Positions 9,230 to 18,583 of a stretch of DNA of 64,000 bases are shown here, piece by piece. The translations under genes were made by a program, and so were the position numbers. Each line of letters begins with the position of its first letter. The first letter of the stretch is position 1. The notes beneath the pieces are model-generated. The model had not been told where the DNA came from. It saw only the letters and a program-made list of their open reading frames with translations, and ran no database searches. Source of the DNA: a virus; the IMG/VR virus record IMGVR_UViG_3300025128_006668, positions 61,402 to 125,401 of that record. One strand, given 5' to 3'.

Positions 9230-10149
9230 TAAAAAATCTTATAGACTCAGGACAGACAACAAAGAAAGTAGCAATTTTTTGTTCTACCAACCAAGAGTAT
9301 GTCGCACCAATCTCAGAATGTGATATTAAATCATATATAATGAGGCATGATCAGTGGCCTCTTAGCGTAGAGCAATTTTCATCAAATATGAGGATCGTAC
9401 AGACGAAAGACGCTGTAGACTCGTCTATTGACTGCGTTATCTGCGTAGGCATGGCTGATAACTACGACCATGCAGTAGCATATGCAAAGAAAAACTGTGT
9501 GCCTCTTGTATTGGTCAGGGAGACAAGCGATAAAACATACGCTATATATCCATATTCTACAAACGTCAACAGAAGAGAGCATATCTCACCGGATGTCTTA
9601 GTTGACATTATTGAATCCGGAGAATCTGAACTGGATGATAATAATATGGTGGTTACAATCCCTCCTGTAAAATCCAAGCTACAGGTGCTGACAAAAAGAG
9701 CTTATGAAAAGATTACTATAAATACAAACATACCTAAAGAGGTCTTTACTCATTATCGGTCAATGTTAGCCGGCCTTAATGTGCAACCGCATGACAGGAA
9801 GTCTCCAAGCAGTTCTGACATATACATAGAGACTTGGGTTGGGGATATTATAATGCCATTAAGATGTATGAGTGCTGGATCTATCGTTATGCTCCCCGAC
9901 TCTCAAGAAGCTCGCAGAATAGTAGAACACGAGAAAAATGGTTTTATATATACTGACTTTCAGGACATGAGGGCTAATATGATTAAGATTCTTCAAGGAA
10001 AAGGTGAAGGAACTCTTCAGGAGGTTTCAGAAAATGCTCGTGAATCAGCACCACAGTTCTTCTGCTCCGAAGAAGAATTCGTGTCCAGATGGGAGACTAT
10101 AATAAACTTACTATGTTCAACAAAATCTAAGTTAGGTAATATACTATGA
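9220..10149 (+). CDS. divergent glycosyltransferase-like protein
   Basis: PLRCMSAGSIV...IVEHEKNGFI resembles a GT-B C-terminal domain. Confidence 0.5.
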   Translation: MFVVKNLIDSGQTTKKVAIFCSTNQEYVAPISECDIKSYIMRHDQWPLSVEQFSSNMRIVQTKDAVDSSIDCVICVGMADNYDHAVAYAKKNCVPLVLVRETSDKTYAIYPYSTNVNRREHISPDVLVDIIESGESELDDNNMVVTIPPVKSKLQVLTKRAYEKITINTNIPKEVFTHYRSMLAGLNVQPHDRKSPSSSDIYIETWVGDIIMPLRCMSAGSIVMLPDSQEARRIVEHEKNGFIYTDFQDMRANMIKILQGKGEGTLQEVSENARESAPQFFCSEEEFVSRWETIINLLCSTKSKLGNIL

Positions 10150-10562
10150 AAGCTATTATTTTTTCTTCGGCAAAGAAGCCGATACTCCCCGGAATCAAAG
10201 GGAATGTAACGCAGTTAGACTTAAGTGAGATAGACAAAATAAAGAGAAGCTCGCTGACAGAGCTTGAATGCTTCGACGTACTAGAGTCTTCTGAAGACGA
10301 CAATATACTCGACAGCCTTATGTCGAAACTGAGAACAGGAGGTATGCTTAAGCTAAAAGGAACAGATGCTCGTCAAGTGTGCAAGGTCTTTGATAGGGGT
10401 CATATAGGAGAAGCAGAGCTAACCGATCTGTTAATAAACAATAAAATAAGAGCCGTAAGTGTAGCAGACATCTTACAAAAAGTTTCTAATAACAAAGAGA
10501 TGTCAATAGCATTTGCCGGAGTTTCAGGAACGGGATATGTTGTAGAGGTAAAGAGAAACTGA
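10146..10562 (+). CDS. hypothetical protein, degenerate methyltransferase-like
   Basis: FDVLE...KLRTGGMLKL resembles class I MTase motifs. Confidence 0.35.
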   Translation: MKAIIFSSAKKPILPGIKGNVTQLDLSEIDKIKRSSLTELECFDVLESSEDDNILDSLMSKLRTGGMLKLKGTDARQVCKVFDRGHIGEAELTDLLINNKIRAVSVADILQKVSNNKEMSIAFAGVSGTGYVVEVKRN

Positions 10563-11389
10563 TGAATCAAATAAGTCAGATACATACCACTTGTAGAGAT
10601 TGCAGATTTGCTGTGTATGAAGGTAATACTCAGGAATCATGTTCTATAGACAGGATAGATAAGCTCAGGCAAAATGGGGCTGAAATCCTTGAGGTTTACG
10701 ACGGAACAGAGAAAGAGTTCTTTGTAATCAATGATAAAATATGCGTATTTCACAGAGAAAAGGGTTGGCGTCCAGACTTAACAGACGAAGAGGTAGTGAT
10801 AGAAATAGAAAGCGCTACAAAGATACCTTATCAATGGATCATAGTTGAAGAGGATAATCTATACTCACAAGAAATAATGAGAGAGAACATACAGACTCTT
10901 TCAAAAGAGTTTAATCCTCCTGCCATTTTAGACTTTGTTATAAGGAGATTTGACCGGACAGGTGAACAAATAAGTGACTCAATAACATGGATCGAAGATA
11001 CTATGCAAGAACATGGTCTAAGCTGCGTCTGGAGAGTTCAGGCCGTGCTAGACGAAGAGCTAGACTCAAGAAATTGTATTGACATGTGCGTCGATTTGCA
11101 TGACAAGAAAGATGCCACAATGGCATACATATGTTTTACAAGCGACTTTGTGATACCTGATGGGATTACTGAAGAGTTACACAAATCTATAAATGACTAT
11201 AACAAGAAGCCCATATTCGCGGAGCCAGTTGAAGGCATAAACGGACTATTGATGAACAGGATAATGCATAGAAAGCACACAGGAAATGCATTCAATGTAA
11301 ATATAGAAGATAAGCTAAGAGAATTTGAAGACGGTATAGAAAACTTTTCCTACAAAATTACAGAGCTATGCCCGAGCTTGAAACAGTAA
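10562..11389 (+). CDS. hypothetical protein with N-terminal Cys cluster
   Basis: 275-aa ORF coupled to neighbours; HTTCRDC...C...C. Confidence 0.6.
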   Translation: MNQISQIHTTCRDCRFAVYEGNTQESCSIDRIDKLRQNGAEILEVYDGTEKEFFVINDKICVFHREKGWRPDLTDEEVVIEIESATKIPYQWIIVEEDNLYSQEIMRENIQTLSKEFNPPAILDFVIRRFDRTGEQISDSITWIEDTMQEHGLSCVWRVQAVLDEELDSRNCIDMCVDLHDKKDATMAYICFTSDFVIPDGITEELHKSINDYNKKPIFAEPVEGINGLLMNRIMHRKHTGNAFNVNIEDKLREFEDGIENFSYKITELCPSLKQ

Positions 11390-11763
11390 TAATTGCGCAC
11401 GGAGAATTACTCAAGCCCGGACAGAAGCATAAGAAAGTAGTTGCTTGGTACAATGTTCCTCCTTCAGAAACTTTTATTGCTGACACCTTTAAGAAGGCCA
11501 TTGGCAATGATATCTTTGGCATTATATCAAGCCCATATAGGTTTGCAGATGAGAATAGTCTAAGCATAATACTAAAAATTTTTAACAGCGACCCAAACAA
11601 GGTAGCAATGGTGCAAGCAGAAGAGTCTAGTCCGTCATCTCCTATGCTTTTTATAAACATGAGGTTGATACCTAGTCAAGGTTTTAATCTAAAGAACTTT
11701 GGATCTTTCTGTCAAGAAAAAGGATATACCACATTCAATGTTGCTGGACTTTTTACAAAATGA
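11368..11763 (+). CDS. hypothetical protein
   Basis: ORF overlapping both neighbours in the operon. Confidence 0.55.
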   Translation: MPELETVIIAHGELLKPGQKHKKVVAWYNVPPSETFIADTFKKAIGNDIFGIISSPYRFADENSLSIILKIFNSDPNKVAMVQAEESSPSSPMLFINMRLIPSQGFNLKNFGSFCQEKGYTTFNVAGLFTK

Positions 11764-12446
11764 TTAAGAACAACAAAAAGATGACTGTCATAATACCTGC
11801 CGCAGGAGCAGGCAGAAGGATGAAGTCATATGGCCCTAAGTGCTTAATAGACTTAACTCCGAACCAAACGATACTGGATAGGCAGTTAGAGATAATAAAC
11901 AATACATTTAAAAGAACGGAAATAATATTGGTATGCGGTTTTGAGTCAGAAAAAGTTATACAGAAGGCTCCTGAAGAATGCATAAAGGTAGAAAACGAGC
12001 TATACGAAGATACAAATGTAGCTAGAAGTGTAGCTATGGCTCTAAGGGCAACAACTGCAAAAGATATCTTGATAGTAAATGGAGATCTGGTATTTTCTAG
12101 AGAAATACTAAAGCACATCGACTACTCATCGTCATGCACCATCTGCTCTAAAGATCCTGAAAGAGAAAGTGAAGTTGGGTGCATTATAGACCAACAAGGA
12201 AACCTATCTCATATAATGTATGACTTAGAAAAAAAGTGGAGTCAGATAGTATACTTGAAAGGAAAAGAACTCATCCTATTCAAAAAGCATATATGGGACA
12301 CTAGATATAGAAAATATTTTATGTTTGAGATAATAAACAAAGTAATAGAAACCGGAGGAGCAATTAAATGCAGAGAAGTCTTCGGTGAAAAAATAATTGA
12401 TGTAGACAACTCAAAAGACCTTGTAAGGGCAAAGGAGATTGTATGA
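11760..12446 (+). CDS. NTP transferase (LicC/phosphocholine cytidylyltransferase-like)
   Basis: IIPAAGAGRRMKSYGPKCLI, NGDLVF, IDVDNSKDL. Confidence 0.85.
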   Translation: MIKNNKKMTVIIPAAGAGRRMKSYGPKCLIDLTPNQTILDRQLEIINNTFKRTEIILVCGFESEKVIQKAPEECIKVENELYEDTNVARSVAMALRATTAKDILIVNGDLVFSREILKHIDYSSSCTICSKDPERESEVGCIIDQQGNLSHIMYDLEKKWSQIVYLKGKELILFKKHIWDTRYRKYFMFEIINKVIETGGAIKCREVFGEKIIDVDNSKDLVRAKEIV

Positions 12447-13282
12447 GATTTGTAATTGATAAGAGCTTATCAGAATGGAATAAATTAGCCACTACTTTTG
12501 GGAGCTGTGGGATAGAGATAGTAATTTGGGAACCGGACAAGGTTTCAGAGATTGATATGTTTGATAGAATGAAGCCAGATATATTGTTTTACTCTCAGAA
12601 TGCAGATGCCTCTGTGTTTAGCTATGCTACGCAAGGAACAAATGTAAAAACAGTCATGTTAGGCCGATATAAAAAAATGGATACTAAGCTTTACTCTCCT
12701 AGTCTAGTAGTAGGAGATACCTCTGTGGAAGAAGTTCCTTTAATAAAGCATCAGAGATATTTACCTGCTATCGTCGGACCAAAAGAAGGAAGATACAGAA
12801 AAGAACTGGAATGTGACTTAGCTTGCTTCACAGATGAGTTTATAGGCATACCCGAGGAGAACCTACAAAACCTTTTGATGGTACTAATGAAACATAAGTG
12901 CCGGATGTTTGGACTTTTGAAGGTTAATGTCCCTAACTACCTAGGTGTAGTTTCAGATGAGATGAAATCAGATATAGTTGCCTCGGCAAAATTTTACCTT
13001 GATCCTCAGGCCAAGTCTTGGGGTGAAGCAGTGATATCCGGAGGCATGCCTCTGGTAATGAGTAGCGAACAGTTGAAAGTGCCTACATTTTCAAACTTGA
13101 ACGAACTAGATTCGTACTTAACAGAGAACAAAAAGAAAAAGCATACTAGGCTTAATAAGATAGAAAAGAATTTGCTATTTAAGAATAGGAACTTTTCAGA
13201 TCTCGCTATAGAGATATCCAATTTCTTTGGGATCAAAAACCTTACTAATGCTCTAGTTAACAGCAGGAGAAGTGCAATATGA
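12443..13282 (+). CDS. hypothetical protein, possibly GT-B related
   Basis: KPDILF, PNYLG, IVASAK segments and gene context. Confidence 0.4.
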   Translation: MRFVIDKSLSEWNKLATTFGSCGIEIVIWEPDKVSEIDMFDRMKPDILFYSQNADASVFSYATQGTNVKTVMLGRYKKMDTKLYSPSLVVGDTSVEEVPLIKHQRYLPAIVGPKEGRYRKELECDLACFTDEFIGIPEENLQNLLMVLMKHKCRMFGLLKVNVPNYLGVVSDEMKSDIVASAKFYLDPQAKSWGEAVISGGMPLVMSSEQLKVPTFSNLNELDSYLTENKKKKHTRLNKIEKNLLFKNRNFSDLAIEISNFFGIKNLTNALVNSRRSAI

Positions 13283-13707
13283 TTGGAATAATAAAAGAAT
13301 CGTTCACAATTGAAGAGTTGTCCAAAATAGACGATATCTCGTCACGCAACGATGTGATACTATTTACAGATACCAGAATGCCCGCTAATGATTTCCGAAA
13401 TATAGCTACGACGAGTGTTTCAAGAAGCTTTGAGTTTGAGGGAACTTTAATATCAACCTGCTACAGAAGTACTGAGTACCTTCTTAATAACCGTAGCGCA
13501 AAGCGTAAGATCTTTTATGCTAGCGACTTAGAATGGACCAAACATGACAATCTGTCTTATAGTAAACCACTAGGAATTTACAACTCCGAAGAAATTGAAG
13601 TTCTGGCATCTAGTCAAGATGTCTATGATATGATTAAGACCTTCTTCAAAAAACCTAAGGGAGTAATGGAAGATTGGGATTTAGCACAAGTATCTAAGGA
13701 TATATAA
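13279..13707 (+). CDS. hypothetical protein
   Basis: Coupled ORF in operon. Confidence 0.55.
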   Translation: MIGIIKESFTIEELSKIDDISSRNDVILFTDTRMPANDFRNIATTSVSRSFEFEGTLISTCYRSTEYLLNNRSAKRKIFYASDLEWTKHDNLSYSKPLGIYNSEEIEVLASSQDVYDMIKTFFKKPKGVMEDWDLAQVSKDI

Positions 13708-13708
13708 T

Positions 13709-14491
13709 ATGTACAACGAACTTTCAGAAAAAGAAAAGAAAAAGATAATCAAGAAAAAATACTTGGGCGAGCTAATGAGCTTTGCTGAGATAGCAGAACT
13801 TATGCAGACATACCCTAACAGGGTCAGGAGAGATGCAAAGAAGTTCGGTATAAGAATAAGAAGTCGAAGTGAATCTGCAAAGATAGCTTTAGACAAGGGA
13901 CGCTCAAAGCATCCTACTAAGGGAAAGAAAAGAGACAGCACGACCAAGAAGAAAATAAGCGAGAGCCAAGGCAAGGTCTGGGATGGTCTAAGCACCGAGG
14001 AAAGGCAAAAGAGATCTAGGATAGGAAGGGAGTCTTGGAACAAAAAGACAGACCAAGAAAAGAACGACCTTATCCAAAAAGGGTCTGCCGCTATCAGGGA
14101 ATCTGCTAGGACCGGAACTAAACTTGAGAGGTTTTTACTGGAAGAGCTGACAGAGAGAAAATACGATGTACAATTTCATAGAGAGCATGTACTTAAGAAC
14201 TCTAGGCTTGAAATAGACTTATTTGTTAAACAGCTTAGAACAGCTATAGAGATAGATGGTCCTTCTCACTTCAGGCCGGTGTGGGGAGAAAAAAATCTTT
14301 TGCGAAACAAGAAATCGGACAAGCAAAAAACTGGACTTATACTAAGTCAAGGATTTGTTTTAATAAGAGTAAAACAGGATAAGAGGACATCTCAAAGATA
14401 TTTCAGAGAAGTCCTTGATTCTATTTTAAGTATTTTATCGGACATAAAGAAACAATTCCCAGTAGAAGGAAAGAGGTATATAGAAGTATGA
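13709..14491 (+). CDS. HTH/NUMOD3-like + DUF559/Vsr-type endonuclease (possible homing endonuclease)
   Basis: KGKKRDSTTKKKISES NUMOD3-like; LEIDLF...AIEIDGPSH...D..K...GFVLIRV. Confidence 0.7.
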   Translation: MYNELSEKEKKKIIKKKYLGELMSFAEIAELMQTYPNRVRRDAKKFGIRIRSRSESAKIALDKGRSKHPTKGKKRDSTTKKKISESQGKVWDGLSTEERQKRSRIGRESWNKKTDQEKNDLIQKGSAAIRESARTGTKLERFLLEELTERKYDVQFHREHVLKNSRLEIDLFVKQLRTAIEIDGPSHFRPVWGEKNLLRNKKSDKQKTGLILSQGFVLIRVKQDKRTSQRYFREVLDSILSILSDIKKQFPVEGKRYIEV

Positions 14492-15228
14492 AGAAGAGTG
14501 AATTTGAAGACATGGTAGAACCTGTAGAAGATTCCAAGGATCTTTCCGAAGATGTTGAAGCAGAGGAGATCATAGGGTCTGAAAATCCAAACTGGAGCGA
14601 GTATGTTCTTGACCAAATGGATGACAGCGAGCTAAAAGACGGCAACCCAACAGTGGATGGCTTAAGACGAGTCACAGAGAGAATCTATGGTGAAATAATC
14701 CAGTCCACAAGTGATATAGTTAACTATGATGCGAGTCGTGGCGTTTGTGCGGTAAAGCATACTTTGGCGATCCAAAAATACTCTACGGACGCTATAATAA
14801 CTATAGATGGATGTGTCGATGTAAAATTTCAAAATATCCCATACCCTTTCAATCAACATCTGGTGGCTACTGCAGATACTAGAGCTGAAGGTAAGGCGCT
14901 TAGGAGAGCTTTGAAGCTTCGTGTTGTAACGGCAGAAGAGATGCAAGACACCTCAGCAGACGATGTCTTAGCATCAGAAGAAGACATAACCGATCAGCAG
15001 ATATTGGCAATTAATCAAATGTGTAAAAGGCTAGATATCAGCTTGGTAGATCTTGTTAAATCAACTTCTGCTAAAACAAAGTCCATCAGAGAAATAAGTA
15101 ACCTCCAAGGCCGGATGCTGTTAAGTACTTTATCAGATTACCAAAGAAGCTCAGCATCTATTCCTGATAACGTTAAGGGTTACAACACAGAGTGGAGAGA
15201 AAGTTTTGATACCGGAGGTAAAAAATGA
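14488..15228 (+). CDS. probable Rad52/Sak-like ssDNA annealing protein
   Basis: PTVDGLRR, ATADTRAEGKALRRALKL, ITDQQ C-terminal helical domain. Confidence 0.5.
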   Translation: MKKSEFEDMVEPVEDSKDLSEDVEAEEIIGSENPNWSEYVLDQMDDSELKDGNPTVDGLRRVTERIYGEIIQSTSDIVNYDASRGVCAVKHTLAIQKYSTDAIITIDGCVDVKFQNIPYPFNQHLVATADTRAEGKALRRALKLRVVTAEEMQDTSADDVLASEEDITDQQILAINQMCKRLDISLVDLVKSTSAKTKSIREISNLQGRMLLSTLSDYQRSSASIPDNVKGYNTEWRESFDTGGKK

Positions 15229-15608
15229 AAGCTAGCATAAAGACAACAACAGACCTTTCCTTTCAAGTAGAAGCCGAAACAGAAGAAGAACTATTCAAGC
15301 AAGTTGCTCGTGTTCAGGAGATATTCCAGCACAAGTCATGCGGAAAGTGTTCTTCGCCTAATGTCAGGTTTGTTTGCCGTCATGATAGTTCAGAGAATGA
15401 TTGGCTAGAAGTCGTGTGCCAAGAGTGCAGGGCAAAGTTAATTTTTGGAAGAACTAAAAAGGGCGGTCAAATATATCCAAAGATCAAATGGGATCAGTTG
15501 TCCGAAAAACAAAAAGAGCAGAGAGCTAATGAAAAGGGATATGCTGACAAAAATCGAGGATATTTGCCTGATAAAGGCTGGTTCATATACAGGCCTATCG
15601 CTTCGTAG
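15225..15608 (+). CDS. Zn-ribbon hypothetical protein
   Basis: CGKC...CQEC. Confidence 0.6.
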   Translation: MKASIKTTTDLSFQVEAETEEELFKQVARVQEIFQHKSCGKCSSPNVRFVCRHDSSENDWLEVVCQECRAKLIFGRTKKGGQIYPKIKWDQLSEKQKEQRANEKGYADKNRGYLPDKGWFIYRPIAS

Positions 15609-15636
15609 AGCCTATATCAGATAGCTTTTAAAAACT

Positions 15637-15661
15637 AAGGGGGTTTCATACCCCCTTTTTT
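15637..15661. terminator. intrinsic terminator between convergent blocks
   Basis: AAGGGGGT-TTCAT-ACCCCCTT followed by a T-run. Confidence 0.8.
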
Positions 15662-16232
15662 ATTTCAAGACCCTGCACATATAAGAAGGGAACTGTTCTA
15701 AAGTGATTCCTTCCATAACCATGTCAAGAGTTTGTATTCTCTCGTTGACAGCTCTGATGACCGAAGAGCCCCAAGCCCCATAGGAAACATGATAGTCATG
15801 CCCCATGATGTAGCCTCCAGCCTTAACCTTCTTAAGGGCAAGATCAATTTCTATCGAGACGCAATCATAGTGATGGTCTGAGTCCAGATAGACCCAGTCT
15901 AGAGAGTTGTCTCTGAGAGGAGCTAAGAAATCGCTTCCGTATCCACGGAACATTTCCACCTGACCAGAAAGTATCTCGTCTCTAAATAATGAGGACACGT
16001 CTTCTAAATAGTTTCCATACTCATTGACAGCATAAGGTCTGCTTCCCCACTCTTCTCCATTAGGACACTTTTCGGTCCATATGTCTACTAGAGAAAGTTT
16101 GTGTGGCTTACAACAGGCTAAAAGAGTTATAGCGTTTAATCCCTTGCAGACACCGATCTCTACTCCTATGCCATTATTTGGCACTGAGGAAAACATGTAC
16201 TCTCTACTATCAAACTCCTCTATCCTTATCAA
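15660..16232 (-). CDS. class I SAM methyltransferase (Methyltransf_24-like)
   Basis: VEIGVCKG, LDWVYLDSDHHY, KVKAGGYIMGHDY. Confidence 0.88.
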   Translation of the reverse strand: MIRIEEFDSREYMFSSVPNNGIGVEIGVCKGLNAITLLACCKPHKLSLVDIWTEKCPNGEEWGSRPYAVNEYGNYLEDVSSLFRDEILSGQVEMFRGYGSDFLAPLRDNSLDWVYLDSDHHYDCVSIEIDLALKKVKAGGYIMGHDYHVSYGAWGSSVIRAVNERIQTLDMVMEGITLEQFPSYMCRVLK

Positions 16233-16804
16233 TACTTGAATCTCCTGAATATATAGTTATCGGCTGCAAATATCAGATTCTTAACTTCTTGGTCATACTC
16301 TTGACATTCTATAAGATCGGTATTGTTAACTCTTACATTGCCGAAATCCCTGATCGCCCTCTCATCAAATACCTCTATCCTCGGCAAAAAGTTTAACGCA
16401 TCGATGAAGTCTTCTACTAGATTCTCGTACTTGCCTATAAATGATATTTCATAATGATCGCCAAAGTAATATTTAGATAGAGAATATAAAGACTCTCCTA
16501 CACCTAACACATTACGAACAAACTTATTTATGTCATGCATTTCCCAACTCGGGTTTACCTTAGTGAGTGCATTGAACTTAAAAAGAGATTTATACCAGTC
16601 GAACGGATTTCTTATAAATGAAAATGAAAAGCCACTATAGTTCTGGTAATAATAGCCGGTATGCCCACCTCTAATATCTAGCTCGGGATTACACAATTCA
16701 TATTTGACCCCAGACTTACACAACGCTTGCCGGCACCATGTGCCTCCAGTTTTTGGTAGATGTAGGTATCTAGAGTGCGAGAATGGTAAAAGCAGGCTAG
16801 GCAT
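16229..16804 (-). CDS. sulfotransferase (Sulfotransfer_2-like)
   Basis: YLHLPKTGGTW 5'-PSB loop; FIRNPFDWYKS 3'-PB; IGKYENL. Confidence 0.8.
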   Translation of the reverse strand: MPSLLLPFSHSRYLHLPKTGGTWCRQALCKSGVKYELCNPELDIRGGHTGYYYQNYSGFSFSFIRNPFDWYKSLFKFNALTKVNPSWEMHDINKFVRNVLGVGESLYSLSKYYFGDHYEISFIGKYENLVEDFIDALNFLPRIEVFDERAIRDFGNVRVNNTDLIECQEYDQEVKNLIFAADNYIFRRFKY

Positions 16805-16812
16805 GTAAGAGC

Positions 16813-17076
16813 TTAAGTGTCTTTTTTCTTAGAGAAGAATGGAAATAATTTATTTAGAAATTTCTTTCTTCCTCCACACCCACATCCTCCAGTGTTGAAT
16901 ACTCGCTCTATTCTTTCGGGGGTAACTCCAAACTTGGACAGTACGCTCTCAATAGCATCTCCAAGTCCTCCATTCTCTTCAGTTAGATCTTCGACAGTGA
17001 CGCCCTCGTCATTAAGTGCACCTACTAACTTATCAGCCAATTCATCATCTGAAAGCTTATCTATCTCTTCTGACAT
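16813..17076 (-). CDS. small GLGD/CGC-motif protein
   Basis: GLGDAIESVLSKFG...CGCGGRKKFLNK. Confidence 0.65.
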   Translation of the reverse strand: MSEEIDKLSDDELADKLVGALNDEGVTVEDLTEENGGLGDAIESVLSKFGVTPERIERVFNTGGCGCGGRKKFLNKLFPFFSKKKDT

Positions 17077-17517
17077 TTAATCACCTTTATAACCAAAAAT
17101 TTTATTCAGCCATTCTTTTCTTTTATTACAACCACAGTCCTTGAGTCCTGAGACTTTCTGCATTATTTCTGTAGTTATTCCAAATTTTGATAAAACTCTT
17201 TCTATCTTGTCACCAAGACCGTCGCTGACAACTATGTTATCATCTTCATCTAAGTCTATTCCTTCATTCTTCAGATTCCTTATAGCTTTATCTACGGTAG
17301 CTTTCGCAATGCTAAGATCCTTCTTTTCTTCCTGTCTTGCTAAACCTTCCTCTGAATGGTCTGGGCGAAAAAGATCTAAATAAAAATCTCTATTGTGTTG
17401 ATCTGACTTACACTGATGACGTATGCCCTCACTTACATGCTGCTGATATACTGGACAATAACCTGCTATATCACAAGTACACTCCGTGTGCTCTCTATTC
17501 TGCATATTCTCGCTCAT
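17077..17517 (-). CDS. GLGD/CGC-motif protein with N-terminal Cys module (paralog of neighbour)
   Basis: GLGDKIERVLSKFG...CGCNKRKEWLNK; N-terminal CTCDIAGYC. Confidence 0.65.
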   Translation of the reverse strand: MSENMQNREHTECTCDIAGYCPVYQQHVSEGIRHQCKSDQHNRDFYLDLFRPDHSEEGLARQEEKKDLSIAKATVDKAIRNLKNEGIDLDEDDNIVVSDGLGDKIERVLSKFGITTEIMQKVSGLKDCGCNKRKEWLNKIFGYKGD

Positions 17518-18583
17518 AAATAATCCCTTCCTCTGGATATAATACCATCTTCTTCGAGCTCTTTGCTATGTTCCCAGCCTGAATACCATTACTCTCTACA
17601 AATATTGTAGCGCTAGAGGCAGAAAAAAGGTCCGACTTAAACGAGCTAACATTTTTGTTATGATCTCTTCCTGATAAACCATCTCTATCTACCCTAGTAT
17701 TAGAGGGGTACATAAAAAGCTCACCATATCTAACCCCTTTATCTCTTAGCCACTTTTCAGTTATTTCCCGATATTTCTCTAATCTACCGGTTACGAGCCC
17801 TTTTGCTTCAAATAAACTCGGCGTCATCTGAGGTATATTATCTACAGAGCTTATATACTCTATGTACTTCTCACCATCATCACATAACTCGGGAGGAACA
17901 TCTGGGCATAATATTCCATCTATATCTAATAAGCAATTTTTCATTACCGAACAGTTAAAAAAACACCATTCATAAAAACAACTAGCAGTTATTATCTCTG
18001 CAAAAATATCTAAATCAGCTGCCTTTCTTTCACTAGCATAAACAGCACTATAAATATATTTACCTTTTGGTAAGATTTTCTTTGCTGCTCTTAGAGCCGA
18101 GCCTTTCCATATAGTATCATCTATAACAAGGATATTCCCTTCTCTTGGCTCATATGAACACATACGAACACCGCCTGAGAAAGATCTTCCATTGCATTTC
18201 ACAACCTTGCCTTCACTCAGCGTGTATAGAGGTATTGATAGGAAAGTAGATATCACAGATGCGGGAAGCATTCCGGATCTTGGGATTCCGATAACTCCAG
18301 ATATGTTATACTTAGAGAGTTGTGGAATTATTTTTTCTATGCATGCTTGAACCAAGTCTTTGGTCTTAAAAAACTTCCTGTGTGTCCGAGTTATTTTTCG
18401 TGCCGAATCCCTTCTTTTTCTTCTGTTGTATTCGTTTTTTATATGACCCCTCTCATAGGCACTCGCATTCTGACATATAGCAAGCTCACAATCAGTTTTT
18501 ATCTCATACTGATGAGTATCGCAATATCCGATAGAATCACATCTGCAAGAGTGAATAGGTTCAGGATCGTCCATTATTAGCAC
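17495..18583 (-). CDS. phosphoribosyltransferase-HAD phosphatase fusion
   Basis: GIPRSG, ILVIDDTIWKG PRPP loop; LLDIDGILC and VTGR HAD motifs. Confidence 0.8.
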   Translation of the reverse strand: MLIMDDPEPIHSCRCDSIGYCDTHQYEIKTDCELAICQNASAYERGHIKNEYNRRKRRDSARKITRTHRKFFKTKDLVQACIEKIIPQLSKYNISGVIGIPRSGMLPASVISTFLSIPLYTLSEGKVVKCNGRSFSGGVRMCSYEPREGNILVIDDTIWKGSALRAAKKILPKGKYIYSAVYASERKAADLDIFAEIITASCFYEWCFFNCSVMKNCLLDIDGILCPDVPPELCDDGEKYIEYISSVDNIPQMTPSLFEAKGLVTGRLEKYREITEKWLRDKGVRYGELFMYPSNTRVDRDGLSGRDHNKNVSSFKSDLFSASSATIFVESNGIQAGNIAKSSKKMVLYPEEGIIYEREYAE

